Below, piece after piece: positions 8,794-16,780 of a DNA stretch of 43,646 bases (position 1 is the stretch's first letter; every line of letters begins with the position of its first letter). Below the pieces are notes generated by a model. That model made no database searches, was not told the DNA's origin, and saw only the letters and a list, made by a program, of their open reading frames with translations. The DNA is from Acidimicrobiia bacterium. Its GTDB lineage: Bacteria; Actinomycetota; Acidimicrobiia; IMCC26256; JACDBD01. Made by a program: the position numbers and the translations under genes. The DNA lies in assembly GCA_050743385.1 (NCBI GenBank), contig JBOGFJ010000079.1:1-43646 (forward strand). The letters are read 5' to 3'.

Positions 8794-11700
8794 GCCCGCG
8801 AGCGAGCGGCACGTGGACGATCCTCTTCACCGATCTCGTCGGCTCGACCGAGCTGCGCGCCCGACTCGGTGACGACGAGGCCGACCGGCTGCGAGCCGCT
8901 CACGACCAGCTGCTGGGCGAGGCGGTCGAGACGCAGGGCGGCGACGTCGTCAAGGGGCTCGGCGACGGCATCATGGCGGCGTTCTCGGGTGCCGCCGACG
9001 CGGTCACGTGCGCCGTCGCGATGCAACAGGCGATCGATCGCCACAATCGCAGCTCCGCCGAACCGATCGACGTCCGTATCGGGATCAGCCTCGGCGACGC
9101 CCGCGCCGAGGAGAACGACCTCTTCGGCACCCCGGTCGTGGAAGCGGCTCGCTTGTGCGGCCGCGCCCAGGGCGGCCAGATCCTCTGCTCCGACCTCGTA
9201 CGCGCCGTCGCCGGCACCCGCGCTGCCCACGGCTTCAACCGCGTCGGCGAGCTCGAGCTCAAGGGCCTCCCCGAGCCGCTGGCGGTCTCGGAGGTGCTGT
9301 GGGAGCCGCTGCCGGTCGAGAGCCCGGCGTCGCCCATCCCGCTCCCCGGCGGCCTCGGCGTCGCCACGGACCGGTTCGCGTTCGTCGGCCGGGAAGACGA
9401 GCTCGAGAGCCTGCGGACGGCGGCGAAGCTGGCCGCCGAGGGAGATCGAGCGACGCTGCTGCTCGCGGGTGAGCCGGGCATCGGCAAGACGCGTCTCGCG
9501 TACGAGGTCGCACACGCACTGCACCACGATGGCGGCACCGTGCTCTACGGACGGTGTGACGACGAGGTCGGCGTTCCGTACCAACCCTTCGTCGAGGCGC
9601 TCGAGCACTTCGCCACGCACTGCCCGCCCGAAGAGATCTCGCGTCGCATGGGTCGGTACCCCGGTGAGCTCGCCCGCCTCGTGCCCTGGCTCACGGAGCA
9701 GATGCCCGACCTCCCTCCCCCGGTCGAGTCCGACCCGGAGACCGAGCGCTACCGCCTGTTCGAGGCCGTCGCCGGCTGGCTGGCCGCGACCTCCGATACC
9801 GAGCCGACGATCCTGATCCTCGACGACCTGCACTGGGCGGCAAAGCCCACCCTGTTGCTGTTCCGGCACATCGCGCAGTCGCAGGACGCGGCGCGCCTGC
9901 TCGTCATCGCCACCTACCGGGACACCGACCTCGAGCGCACCAGCGCGCTCCCGGAGGTGCTCGGCGACCTCCGGCGCACCGCCGGCGTCGAACGCGTCGC
10001 GCTCCGCGGCCTCGACGAGACCGGCGTCGTCGACTTCCTCGAGCACTCGGCCGGCCACACGATGGACGCCGCCGGGCTCGCCCTCGCCACCGCGATCCAT
10101 CACGAGACCGAGGGCAACCCGTTCTTCATCGGTGAGGTCCTCCGCCATCTGCGCGACACCGGCGCCATCTACGAGCAGGACGGCCGGTGGACCACCCATC
10201 TCCAGGTGAGCGAGCTCGGGATCCCCGAAGGTGTTCGGGAAGTGATCGGCCGCCGGCTGACGCGCCTCTCCGACGAGGCCAACCAGACGCTGACCCTGGC
10301 CGCGGTCGTGGGCCGGGGCTTCGAGCTCGAGGTCGTCGAGCGCGTGAGCGACCTCGACGAGGAGGAGCTGCTCGGCGCGCTCGACGAGGCCGTCGACGCC
10401 CGTCTCGTCCACGATACCGGCGTCGGTCGGTACCGCTTCGCGCACGCGCTCGTGCGGTCGACGCTCTACGACGAGGTTCGCCCGACTCGCAGGGCACGGC
10501 TCCACCAGCGCGTCGGCGCCGCCATCGAGGCCGCGCACGCCGCCGACCTCGACGACCACCTGGGCGAGCTCGCTCATCACTACGCCCGCTCGGCCGGGGG
10601 CGGCGAGGCCGCCAAGGCGGTCGAGTTCGCACGGCGGGCCGGCGAATACGCGCTCGCGCAGTTGGCCCACGACGACGCGGTCTCGTTGTTCGAACAGGCC
10701 GCCGACCTCCTCGACGACGGCAACGAGACCGAGCGCGGCGCGGTGCTGCTCGGGCTCGGCGTGGCCCGGCGGCGCGCCGGCGATCCCAGGTACCGGGAGA
10801 CGCTCCTCGAGGCGGCGCAGCTGGCCGACGAGCTCGGGGACGCCGACCTGCTCTGCCGAGCGGCGTTGGCCAACAACCGGGGCTTCTTCAGCGCGACCGG
10901 TGCCACCGACACCGGGCGCATCGCGGTGCTCGAGCGTGCGCTCGAGAAGATCGGGTCCGACGACAGCGCGACCCGGGCGCGTCTGCTCGCGAACCTCGCC
11001 CTCGAGGAGATCTTCGCCGGCGACCTGACGGATCGGCTCGCCCGGAGTGACGAGGCGCTCGCGGTAGCGCGCCGAGTGGGCGACGACGCGACGCTGGCGC
11101 ACGTGCTGACGACCCGGTCGGCGAGCATCTGGGATCCGAGCACGCTCGACGAGCGGCTCGCGAACACCGCCGACGTGGTCGAGCTGGCCGAGCGACTCGG
11201 CGATCCCTCCGCGCTCTTCTTCGCCACTTGGTACCGGATGGCCACGTGCCTGGAAGCAGGACGGGTCGACGAGTACGAGGGGTCGCTCGCGGACGTGAAG
11301 CAGTGGGCGGGCGAGCTGGGCCAGTCGACGCCGATCTGGATGGCGGAGTTCACCACCGCCAGCCACGAGTTCCTCCGCGGCCGATTCGACCGCGCCGAGG
11401 AACGCGCGCTGGCGTCACTCGACCTCGGTCAGCGCGCCAGCGAGCCCGACGCGGTGTTCTTCTTCGGCGTCCTGCTGTTCGGGATCCGGCGCGAGCAAGG
11501 ACGGCTCGTCGAGATCCGGGACCTCGTGCGGGTCGCGACCGAGGAGAACCAAGGCATCGCCGGCATCAGTGCGATGTTCGCCGACACGTGCACGCAGCTC
11601 GGCGAGCTCGACGAGGCTCGCGCACTCCTCGACCGGCTGGCGGAGTCGGGCTTCGGGAATCGACCGCGCGACCAGATCTGGTCCAGCTTCATGTGGATCT

Positions 11701-12089
11701 GCGCCGAGACTGCGGCCAGGCTCGGTGACACCGAGCGGGCACGCGCGCTCACCGACCTCCTCGAGCCCTACGAGACCCAGCTCGTCTACAACGGCCTGGT
11801 CCCGTTCGGTTCCGTCGGCTGCACCCTCGGCCGGCTCGCGCTCGCTCGGGGGCGCCTCGAAGACGCCGAGCGGCACTTCAGCCGCTCGCTCGAGACGGAA
11901 GAGCGCATGCGGGCGCCGGTGCTCGCGGCCCGGAGCCGCCTCGGCCTCGCTCGCGTGTTCCTCGCCCGTGGCACTGATGGTGACGGCGAACGCGCCCGGG
12001 CACTGCTCGACGAGGTCCTCGACGTCGCCCGCGAGTGCGGCGCCGCGGCCCTGGAGGCGGAAGCGCTGGCGACGACGGAGGGTGCCTGA
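8790..12089 (+). CDS. Class III adenylate/guanylate cyclase domain fused to a STAND/AAA_16 P-loop NTPase and a TPR-like helical region
   Basis: 1099 aa. Cyclase motifs ILFTDLVGST, VKGLGDGIMAAF and RIGISLGDA...LFGTPVVEAARL. P-loop LLLAGEPGIGKTRLA and Walker B ILILDDLHWA. About 600 aa of helical repeats. No HTH at the C-terminus. Confidence 0.9.
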   Translation: MSPRASGTWTILFTDLVGSTELRARLGDDEADRLRAAHDQLLGEAVETQGGDVVKGLGDGIMAAFSGAADAVTCAVAMQQAIDRHNRSSAEPIDVRIGISLGDARAEENDLFGTPVVEAARLCGRAQGGQILCSDLVRAVAGTRAAHGFNRVGELELKGLPEPLAVSEVLWEPLPVESPASPIPLPGGLGVATDRFAFVGREDELESLRTAAKLAAEGDRATLLLAGEPGIGKTRLAYEVAHALHHDGGTVLYGRCDDEVGVPYQPFVEALEHFATHCPPEEISRRMGRYPGELARLVPWLTEQMPDLPPPVESDPETERYRLFEAVAGWLAATSDTEPTILILDDLHWAAKPTLLLFRHIAQSQDAARLLVIATYRDTDLERTSALPEVLGDLRRTAGVERVALRGLDETGVVDFLEHSAGHTMDAAGLALATAIHHETEGNPFFIGEVLRHLRDTGAIYEQDGRWTTHLQVSELGIPEGVREVIGRRLTRLSDEANQTLTLAAVVGRGFELEVVERVSDLDEEELLGALDEAVDARLVHDTGVGRYRFAHALVRSTLYDEVRPTRRARLHQRVGAAIEAAHAADLDDHLGELAHHYARSAGGGEAAKAVEFARRAGEYALAQLAHDDAVSLFEQAADLLDDGNETERGAVLLGLGVARRRAGDPRYRETLLEAAQLADELGDADLLCRAALANNRGFFSATGATDTGRIAVLERALEKIGSDDSATRARLLANLALEEIFAGDLTDRLARSDEALAVARRVGDDATLAHVLTTRSASIWDPSTLDERLANTADVVELAERLGDPSALFFATWYRMATCLEAGRVDEYEGSLADVKQWAGELGQSTPIWMAEFTTASHEFLRGRFDRAEERALASLDLGQRASEPDAVFFFGVLLFGIRREQGRLVEIRDLVRVATEENQGIAGISAMFADTCTQLGELDEARALLDRLAESGFGNRPRDQIWSSFMWICAETAARLGDTERARALTDLLEPYETQLVYNGLVPFGSVGCTLGRLALARGRLEDAERHFSRSLETEERMRAPVLAARSRLGLARVFLARGTDGDGERARALLDEVLDVARECGAAALEAEALATTEGA

Positions 12090-13873
12090 TGCTGCGAGCC
12101 ACCGAGCTGCCACCGCGGACGTTCCTCGGTCAGCTCTCTCCCGACGAACGCGACCAGCTCCTCGCTCGCTGGCCCCGTCGCCGCTTCCCGGCAGGCTCGA
12201 TCGTGATCGAGCGGGGCGAGCTCGGGGCGGGCGTGTACGTGGTCTTGACCGGATCGGCCGAGGTCCTCGCCCCCGAACCGTCGGGGGAGGCCCGGCGGCT
12301 CGCGCTCGTCGGCGAGGGTGACCTGCTCGGCGAGCTGGGCTTGTTCAGTGGACAGGCGGCCTCCAGCACCGTGCGCGCGGTCACAGATGTCGAGGCGCTC
12401 GCGGTGGAGGCCGACGATGCACTGGACGCGGCGCGGGAGTTGCCCTGGCTGTACCCCGCCCTCGGCAGCGTCGTCGCCGAACGCCTCGTGCGCACGCAAC
12501 GCCAGTTGCTGGCGACGCGGACGGGACGCGTCATCGTGCTGCGCGACCAGGACGCTCCGCCGATGCTCCCCTTCGCCGTCGGTGCGAGCATCGCCTGGCA
12601 CACACGCGAGCGCGTCCTTCTCGTTCTCTCCGGCGCGCCGGTGGGTGACCTCCCGGTGCCCGTGCACGACTGTGCCGACGCCGACGACCTGCTCGCGCTC
12701 GCCGGCGAGGTCGGCGCGGACCCCGCGTGCCGCGTGGCACGTGTCACGAGGGCGTGGGACTCGGTCGAGCTCGCCGCGGCGGTGCGGCGGGCGGCCGAGC
12801 TCGCGCCCACGGTCGTTGTCTGCAGTCCTGCGTCGCTGGGCGTAGACGTCGGAGCTGACATCGAGGCGCAGATCACCGCGCCGGCGAGGCCCCGTCCGGC
12901 GGAGGGATCGCTCACGATCGTGGGGTGGGCGACCGGGGCGCGACCCGGCGAGCTCCCGGTGCGCGAGCCGCGCGGGCAGGAGCTCACCGACCTCACCGCC
13001 GGGCGCATCGGCCTCGCCGGGCCCGCGGGCCGCGATCTCGGGCGCGCGGCGCGTTCGTTGATCCGCCATCGCGTCGGTCTCGCACTCGGGTCGGGCAGCG
13101 CGCGTGGCTTCGCCCACGTCGGGGTGTTGCGAGCCTTCGCGCAATACGGCATACCGGTGGACGCCATCGCCGGGACCAGCATCGGCGCCGCCGTCGCCGC
13201 TCTCCATGCGGGTGGCGAGACGCCGGAGCAGATCTTCGCCACGCTCACCCAGGCCGGGCGGCTGGCGGTGCGGCCGTTCGGAACCGGGCGATCGCTGCTG
13301 TCGATCGCGGGGCTCCGCACGCTGATCGAGCACCGGGCGGCCGGCCGCCGCATCGAGGAGCTCCCGATCCCGCTCGCGGTCGTCGCCGCCGACCTCGACA
13401 CCGGACAGGAGATCGTGCTGCACCGGGGTGCGCTGGCCGCCGCCGTCCTGGCCAGCCTGGCGATCCCCGGGGTCTACCCACCGCAACACGTCGCCGGCCG
13501 TCGCCTCATCGACGGGGCCTACGTCGATCCGGTACCGGTGCAGGTGACCGCGTCGCTGGGCGTCGACAAGGTCGTCGCGGTCAGGCTCGCGACCCGGCCG
13601 CCGACCGGCCTCGTCGAGACCGAGTCCGCCGTGACGAAGGGCGAGTCCCTCTGGGCACCGCAGGTCATCCTGCGCTCGCTCGACGTGATGGCGGGCGCGA
13701 TCGCCGCGTCCGCGGCCACCGCCGCGGACGTTCTCGTCGAGCCCTCGTTCCACGGCCTCGGCGGCGGCCTGCGCGACTTTCGCCGGGGACGCGAGTACGA
13801 GCGCGTGGGCGAGGCAGCCACCCGGGCGGTGCTCCCCGCCCTGGCCGACGCGCTGCCGTGGGTCGACGCGTGA
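12089..13873 (+). CDS. cNMP-binding-domain / patatin-like phospholipase fusion (NTE-like)
   Basis: ATG 12089 overlaps the upstream TGA by 1 nt (TGATG). N-terminal CNB fold (GELGLFSGQAASSTVRA). Patatin motifs LALGSGSARGFAHVGVL, GTSIGA (GxSxG) and DGAYVDPVP (DGA). Confidence 0.9.
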   Translation: MLRATELPPRTFLGQLSPDERDQLLARWPRRRFPAGSIVIERGELGAGVYVVLTGSAEVLAPEPSGEARRLALVGEGDLLGELGLFSGQAASSTVRAVTDVEALAVEADDALDAARELPWLYPALGSVVAERLVRTQRQLLATRTGRVIVLRDQDAPPMLPFAVGASIAWHTRERVLLVLSGAPVGDLPVPVHDCADADDLLALAGEVGADPACRVARVTRAWDSVELAAAVRRAAELAPTVVVCSPASLGVDVGADIEAQITAPARPRPAEGSLTIVGWATGARPGELPVREPRGQELTDLTAGRIGLAGPAGRDLGRAARSLIRHRVGLALGSGSARGFAHVGVLRAFAQYGIPVDAIAGTSIGAAVAALHAGGETPEQIFATLTQAGRLAVRPFGTGRSLLSIAGLRTLIEHRAAGRRIEELPIPLAVVAADLDTGQEIVLHRGALAAAVLASLAIPGVYPPQHVAGRRLIDGAYVDPVPVQVTASLGVDKVVAVRLATRPPTGLVETESAVTKGESLWAPQVILRSLDVMAGAIAASAATAADVLVEPSFHGLGGGLRDFRRGREYERVGEAATRAVLPALADALPWVDA

Positions 13874-13912
13874 CGTGAACGTTCGCAAACGACGAGTCCG
13901 AGGAGGACTGTG

Positions 13913-14803
13913 ATGCCGACCGCGACCGAACCAGCCGCTGCGATCTCCGACGACGAGCTCTTCGCTCGCATCGAGGTGCGCCCGCCGTACTTCTCGCTCA
14001 CCGACCTCCGGCGGGGCCACGACAACGCCATGTCGGCGCGGGTACAGACCCGGCAGTCGCTCGGAGGTGAAGCCGGCCCGGTGAGCGCGGCCGAGACCGG
14101 CCGGCACCTCGCCATCCTCGGGTCGTGCTCGGCGGCGTTCGCCAACCCGGCGGCCGCCCGGCACTTCTACCTCGCCTACGACGCCGAGCTGCGCCGGTCG
14201 CGTACCCGGATCGAGCCCGACTACGCAGGTGAGCTCGTCGCCCGCGGCCGCGCCGATTTCATCGATCCGTCGACCGCGATCGCGGTCACCGAGCTCCGGA
14301 CCGAGGACGGCCGCACGATCTACAGCCTCATCGTGTACTACCTGGTCGTCCCGGAGAACGACTTCCGGACGCTGTTCGCGGCGCACGCGCACCCGGACGC
14401 CGCCCTCGAGGGACGACCCGACCCATTCGAGGACGTCATCGGCTTGGACGACGTGTCGGTGTGGGACACCCGGCTCCACGGCACGCTCGGGCGCATCGAC
14501 CCGTACCGCTGCGCCGGGCACTTTCCGGGGCTGCCGGCGATGCCGGTGGCGTTCCTCATGTCGAACCTCAGCGCGGCGGCCGCTCGCGTTCTGAAGCACG
14601 TTCTCGACCGCGACGAACTCGACTACGTGATCCGCGAGGCCTCGGTACGGGCCGAGAACCTCGCGTTCACCGACGAGCGCGTCGACATCCACGTCGAGTA
14701 CCAGCGGTTCGCGAGCGGTACACACTGGCTGCACTGCGCCGCGATCGCGGAGGGAACGAAGTCCGTCGGGCAGACGCACATCAAGGTTCGCGTCCGCGAC
14801 TGA
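13913..14803 (+). CDS. Hypothetical protein with a FabZ-like hot-dog motif in the C-terminal half; possibly a double hot-dog fold
   Basis: AGGAGG at 13901-13906 lies 6 nt before ATG 13913 (GTG 13910 is also possible). The motif CAGHFPGLPAMPVAFLMSNL resembles FabZ HFPxxPxMPGvlliE, but Ser replaces the Glu. Confidence 0.6.
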   Translation: MPTATEPAAAISDDELFARIEVRPPYFSLTDLRRGHDNAMSARVQTRQSLGGEAGPVSAAETGRHLAILGSCSAAFANPAAARHFYLAYDAELRRSRTRIEPDYAGELVARGRADFIDPSTAIAVTELRTEDGRTIYSLIVYYLVVPENDFRTLFAAHAHPDAALEGRPDPFEDVIGLDDVSVWDTRLHGTLGRIDPYRCAGHFPGLPAMPVAFLMSNLSAAAARVLKHVLDRDELDYVIREASVRAENLAFTDERVDIHVEYQRFASGTHWLHCAAIAEGTKSVGQTHIKVRVRD

Positions 14804-14911
14804 CTCTCTGGTCGCACTCGCTCCGCTCGCCGCTCCGCACGCGCCTGGCGGTCCGGAGGCGGGCGACAGTCGTCTTGCGGTGCGCCGGGCTTCGGTGCTG
14901 AGGTCCGTCTC

Positions 14912-16315
14912 ATGAGCCTTGTTCCACTCGAGCCCGACCGCGTCGAGATGGACCGTATGGGGGCGGCGGCACTGGCGTTCGTCAACGACTTCATCGACGC
15001 GCGGACCGTCGTACCGGCATCCGCCCTCGAGGGCGCCTGGCCGCTCGCCGACGACCTCGTGGCTGCGCGACCGCCGGCGATCGGCCGCCCGCTGGGCGAG
15101 CTCCTCCACGTCGTCGACGCCGCGGCCGCACGCGCGGTCGATACCGCCGGGCCCGGCTACCTGGCCTACGTTCCCGGCGGCGGGCTCTTCGCCGCTGCTC
15201 TGGCCGACTTCGTCGCGTGCGCGATCAACCGGTTCGTCAACCTTGCCGATCTCGCCCCGGCAACGGCCGCGATCGAGGCATCGGTGATCCGCTGGCTCTG
15301 CGAGCTGTTCGCCCTGCCGGCGTCCTCGCAGGGGATCCTCACGTCGGGCGGGTCGATGGCCAACCTGTCGGCGATCGTGACTGCCCGCGCCACGCTGTTG
15401 GGCGACGACTTCGCCGACGGCACGCTCTACGTGTCGCCGCACACGCACCAGTCGGTGGCGAAGGCGGCGATGATCGCGGGCTTTCCGCCGGCTTCGGTGC
15501 GATCCGTCGCCTGCAGCGCCGATCTCGCGCTCGATCCCTCGGCGCTCCGAGAGGCGATCCGAGCCGACCGCGCGTCCGGTCGGCGTCCGTTCTGCGTCGT
15601 CGCCACTGCGGGAACGACCAACACCGGTGCCGTCGACCCCATCGACGACATCGCGACCGTCGCCGCCGAGGAAGAGCTGTGGTGCCACGTCGACGCCGCC
15701 TACGGGGGGTTCTTCCAGCTGACGGAGCGAGGACGTGCTCGCTTCACCGGGATCGAGCGCGCCGACTCGATCACCCTCGACCCCCACAAGGGCATGTTCC
15801 TGCCGTACGGCACGGGCTGCCTGCTCGTGCGCGACGGGGGGCGACTGCGCGCCGCCCACCACGTCGGCAGCGAGCTCTTCCAAGATCTCGGCGCGGCCGG
15901 CGGCATTCCGAACTACGCCGAGTACTCGCCCGAGCTGTCGCGCGACTTCCGCGGCTTGCGTGTCTGGCTGCCGCTCCATCTTCACGGGGTCGACGCCTTC
16001 GGGGCCGCGCTCGACGAGAAGCTCGACCTCACCCGGACCGTCTTCGACGGCCTGCGGGCCACGGCCGAGATCGAGATTTCCTGGGACCCGCCGCTCAGCA
16101 TCGTGGCGTTCCGTCTCGCCGGCCGCGACGACGCCGCTAACCGGCAGCTCCTCGACCGGATCAATGCGTCGAGGCGGATCGCGCTCTCCAGCACGATGGT
16201 CGGCGGCCGTTACACCCTGCGGGTGTGCGTGCTCTCGCACCGGACGCACCGCGACCGGATCGAAGAAGCCGTGGCGATCATTCGCGAGTCGGCGCTCGCC
16301 GAAATTGGCAAATAG
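14912..16315 (+). CDS. PLP-dependent group II amino-acid decarboxylase family protein
   Basis: 467 aa. ILTSGGSMANLSAIVTAR, and the PLP-lysine motif SITLDPHKGMFLPYGTGCLLVRD, which resembles tyrosine/aromatic decarboxylases. Confidence 0.85.
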   Translation: MSLVPLEPDRVEMDRMGAAALAFVNDFIDARTVVPASALEGAWPLADDLVAARPPAIGRPLGELLHVVDAAAARAVDTAGPGYLAYVPGGGLFAAALADFVACAINRFVNLADLAPATAAIEASVIRWLCELFALPASSQGILTSGGSMANLSAIVTARATLLGDDFADGTLYVSPHTHQSVAKAAMIAGFPPASVRSVACSADLALDPSALREAIRADRASGRRPFCVVATAGTTNTGAVDPIDDIATVAAEEELWCHVDAAYGGFFQLTERGRARFTGIERADSITLDPHKGMFLPYGTGCLLVRDGGRLRAAHHVGSELFQDLGAAGGIPNYAEYSPELSRDFRGLRVWLPLHLHGVDAFGAALDEKLDLTRTVFDGLRATAEIEISWDPPLSIVAFRLAGRDDAANRQLLDRINASRRIALSSTMVGGRYTLRVCVLSHRTHRDRIEEAVAIIRESALAEIGK

Positions 16316-16353
16316 AATGGCGCGCCAATAGATCAATAGCAGGGAGACGATCG

Positions 16354-16770
16354 ATGGCCGCAGCCCGAAAGAAGACGACCATGACCACCGCCCACAAGCG
16401 GGCGCTGGCCGAGGGTCGCGAGCTCGGCCGGGCGGTGCGCCGCTACCTCGACGCCCTTGATCAGAACCGCCCGCGGCGGGGCCGGAAGCGCACGCCGGAG
16501 TCGATCGAGCGCCGCCTCGACGCGATCTCCGCGCAGCTCGACTCCGCGACCCCGCTCCAGCGACTCCAACTCGTGCAGGAGCGCCTGGATCTGACGGCCG
16601 AGCTCGACCAGCTCGACGCCAAGATCGACCTCTCGGCCCTCGAGCGCGACTTCGCCAAGGTGGCGAAGGACTATGCGCAGCGCAAGGGCATCTCGTATGC
16701 GGCCTGGCGCGAGCTCGGCGTCCCCCCCGACGTGCTCAAGAAAGCCGGCATCGGCCGCGGGAGCGCCTAA
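16354..16770 (+). CDS. Small basic helical protein, hypothetical; has an AT-hook-like RPRRGRKR motif and may bind nucleic acid
   Basis: AGGGAGA at 16341-16347 precedes ATG 16354. 138 aa with a coiled-coil-like sequence. The N-terminal extension in the track (from 16225) overlaps the decarboxylase 3' end and looks spurious. Confidence 0.6.
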   Translation: MAAARKKTTMTTAHKRALAEGRELGRAVRRYLDALDQNRPRRGRKRTPESIERRLDAISAQLDSATPLQRLQLVQERLDLTAELDQLDAKIDLSALERDFAKVAKDYAQRKGISYAAWRELGVPPDVLKKAGIGRGSA

Positions 16771-16780
16771 CCGTCTCGGC

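Noticed and set aside
8790-12089. Calling the cyclase a Pycsar-type pyrimidine cyclase or a CBASS CD-NTase.
   Set aside because: The domain is a class III cyclase, not a CD-NTase. It also keeps the Lys/Asp pair associated with ATP specificity. Only the system logic resembles those defence systems, so I do not claim homology or a non-canonical nucleotide.
7995-16336. Very long minus-strand ORFs (7995-11366, 1123 aa; 11786-16336, 1516 aa). Similar cases are 22807-26445 (+), 34412-37408 (-), 3109-4596 (-) and 4654-5997 (-).
   Set aside because: They lie antisense to genes with clear domain signatures. Their translations are Arg/Gly/Pro/Asp-rich low-complexity strings with no motifs. They are the expected stop-codon-poor shadow frames of a high-GC genome.
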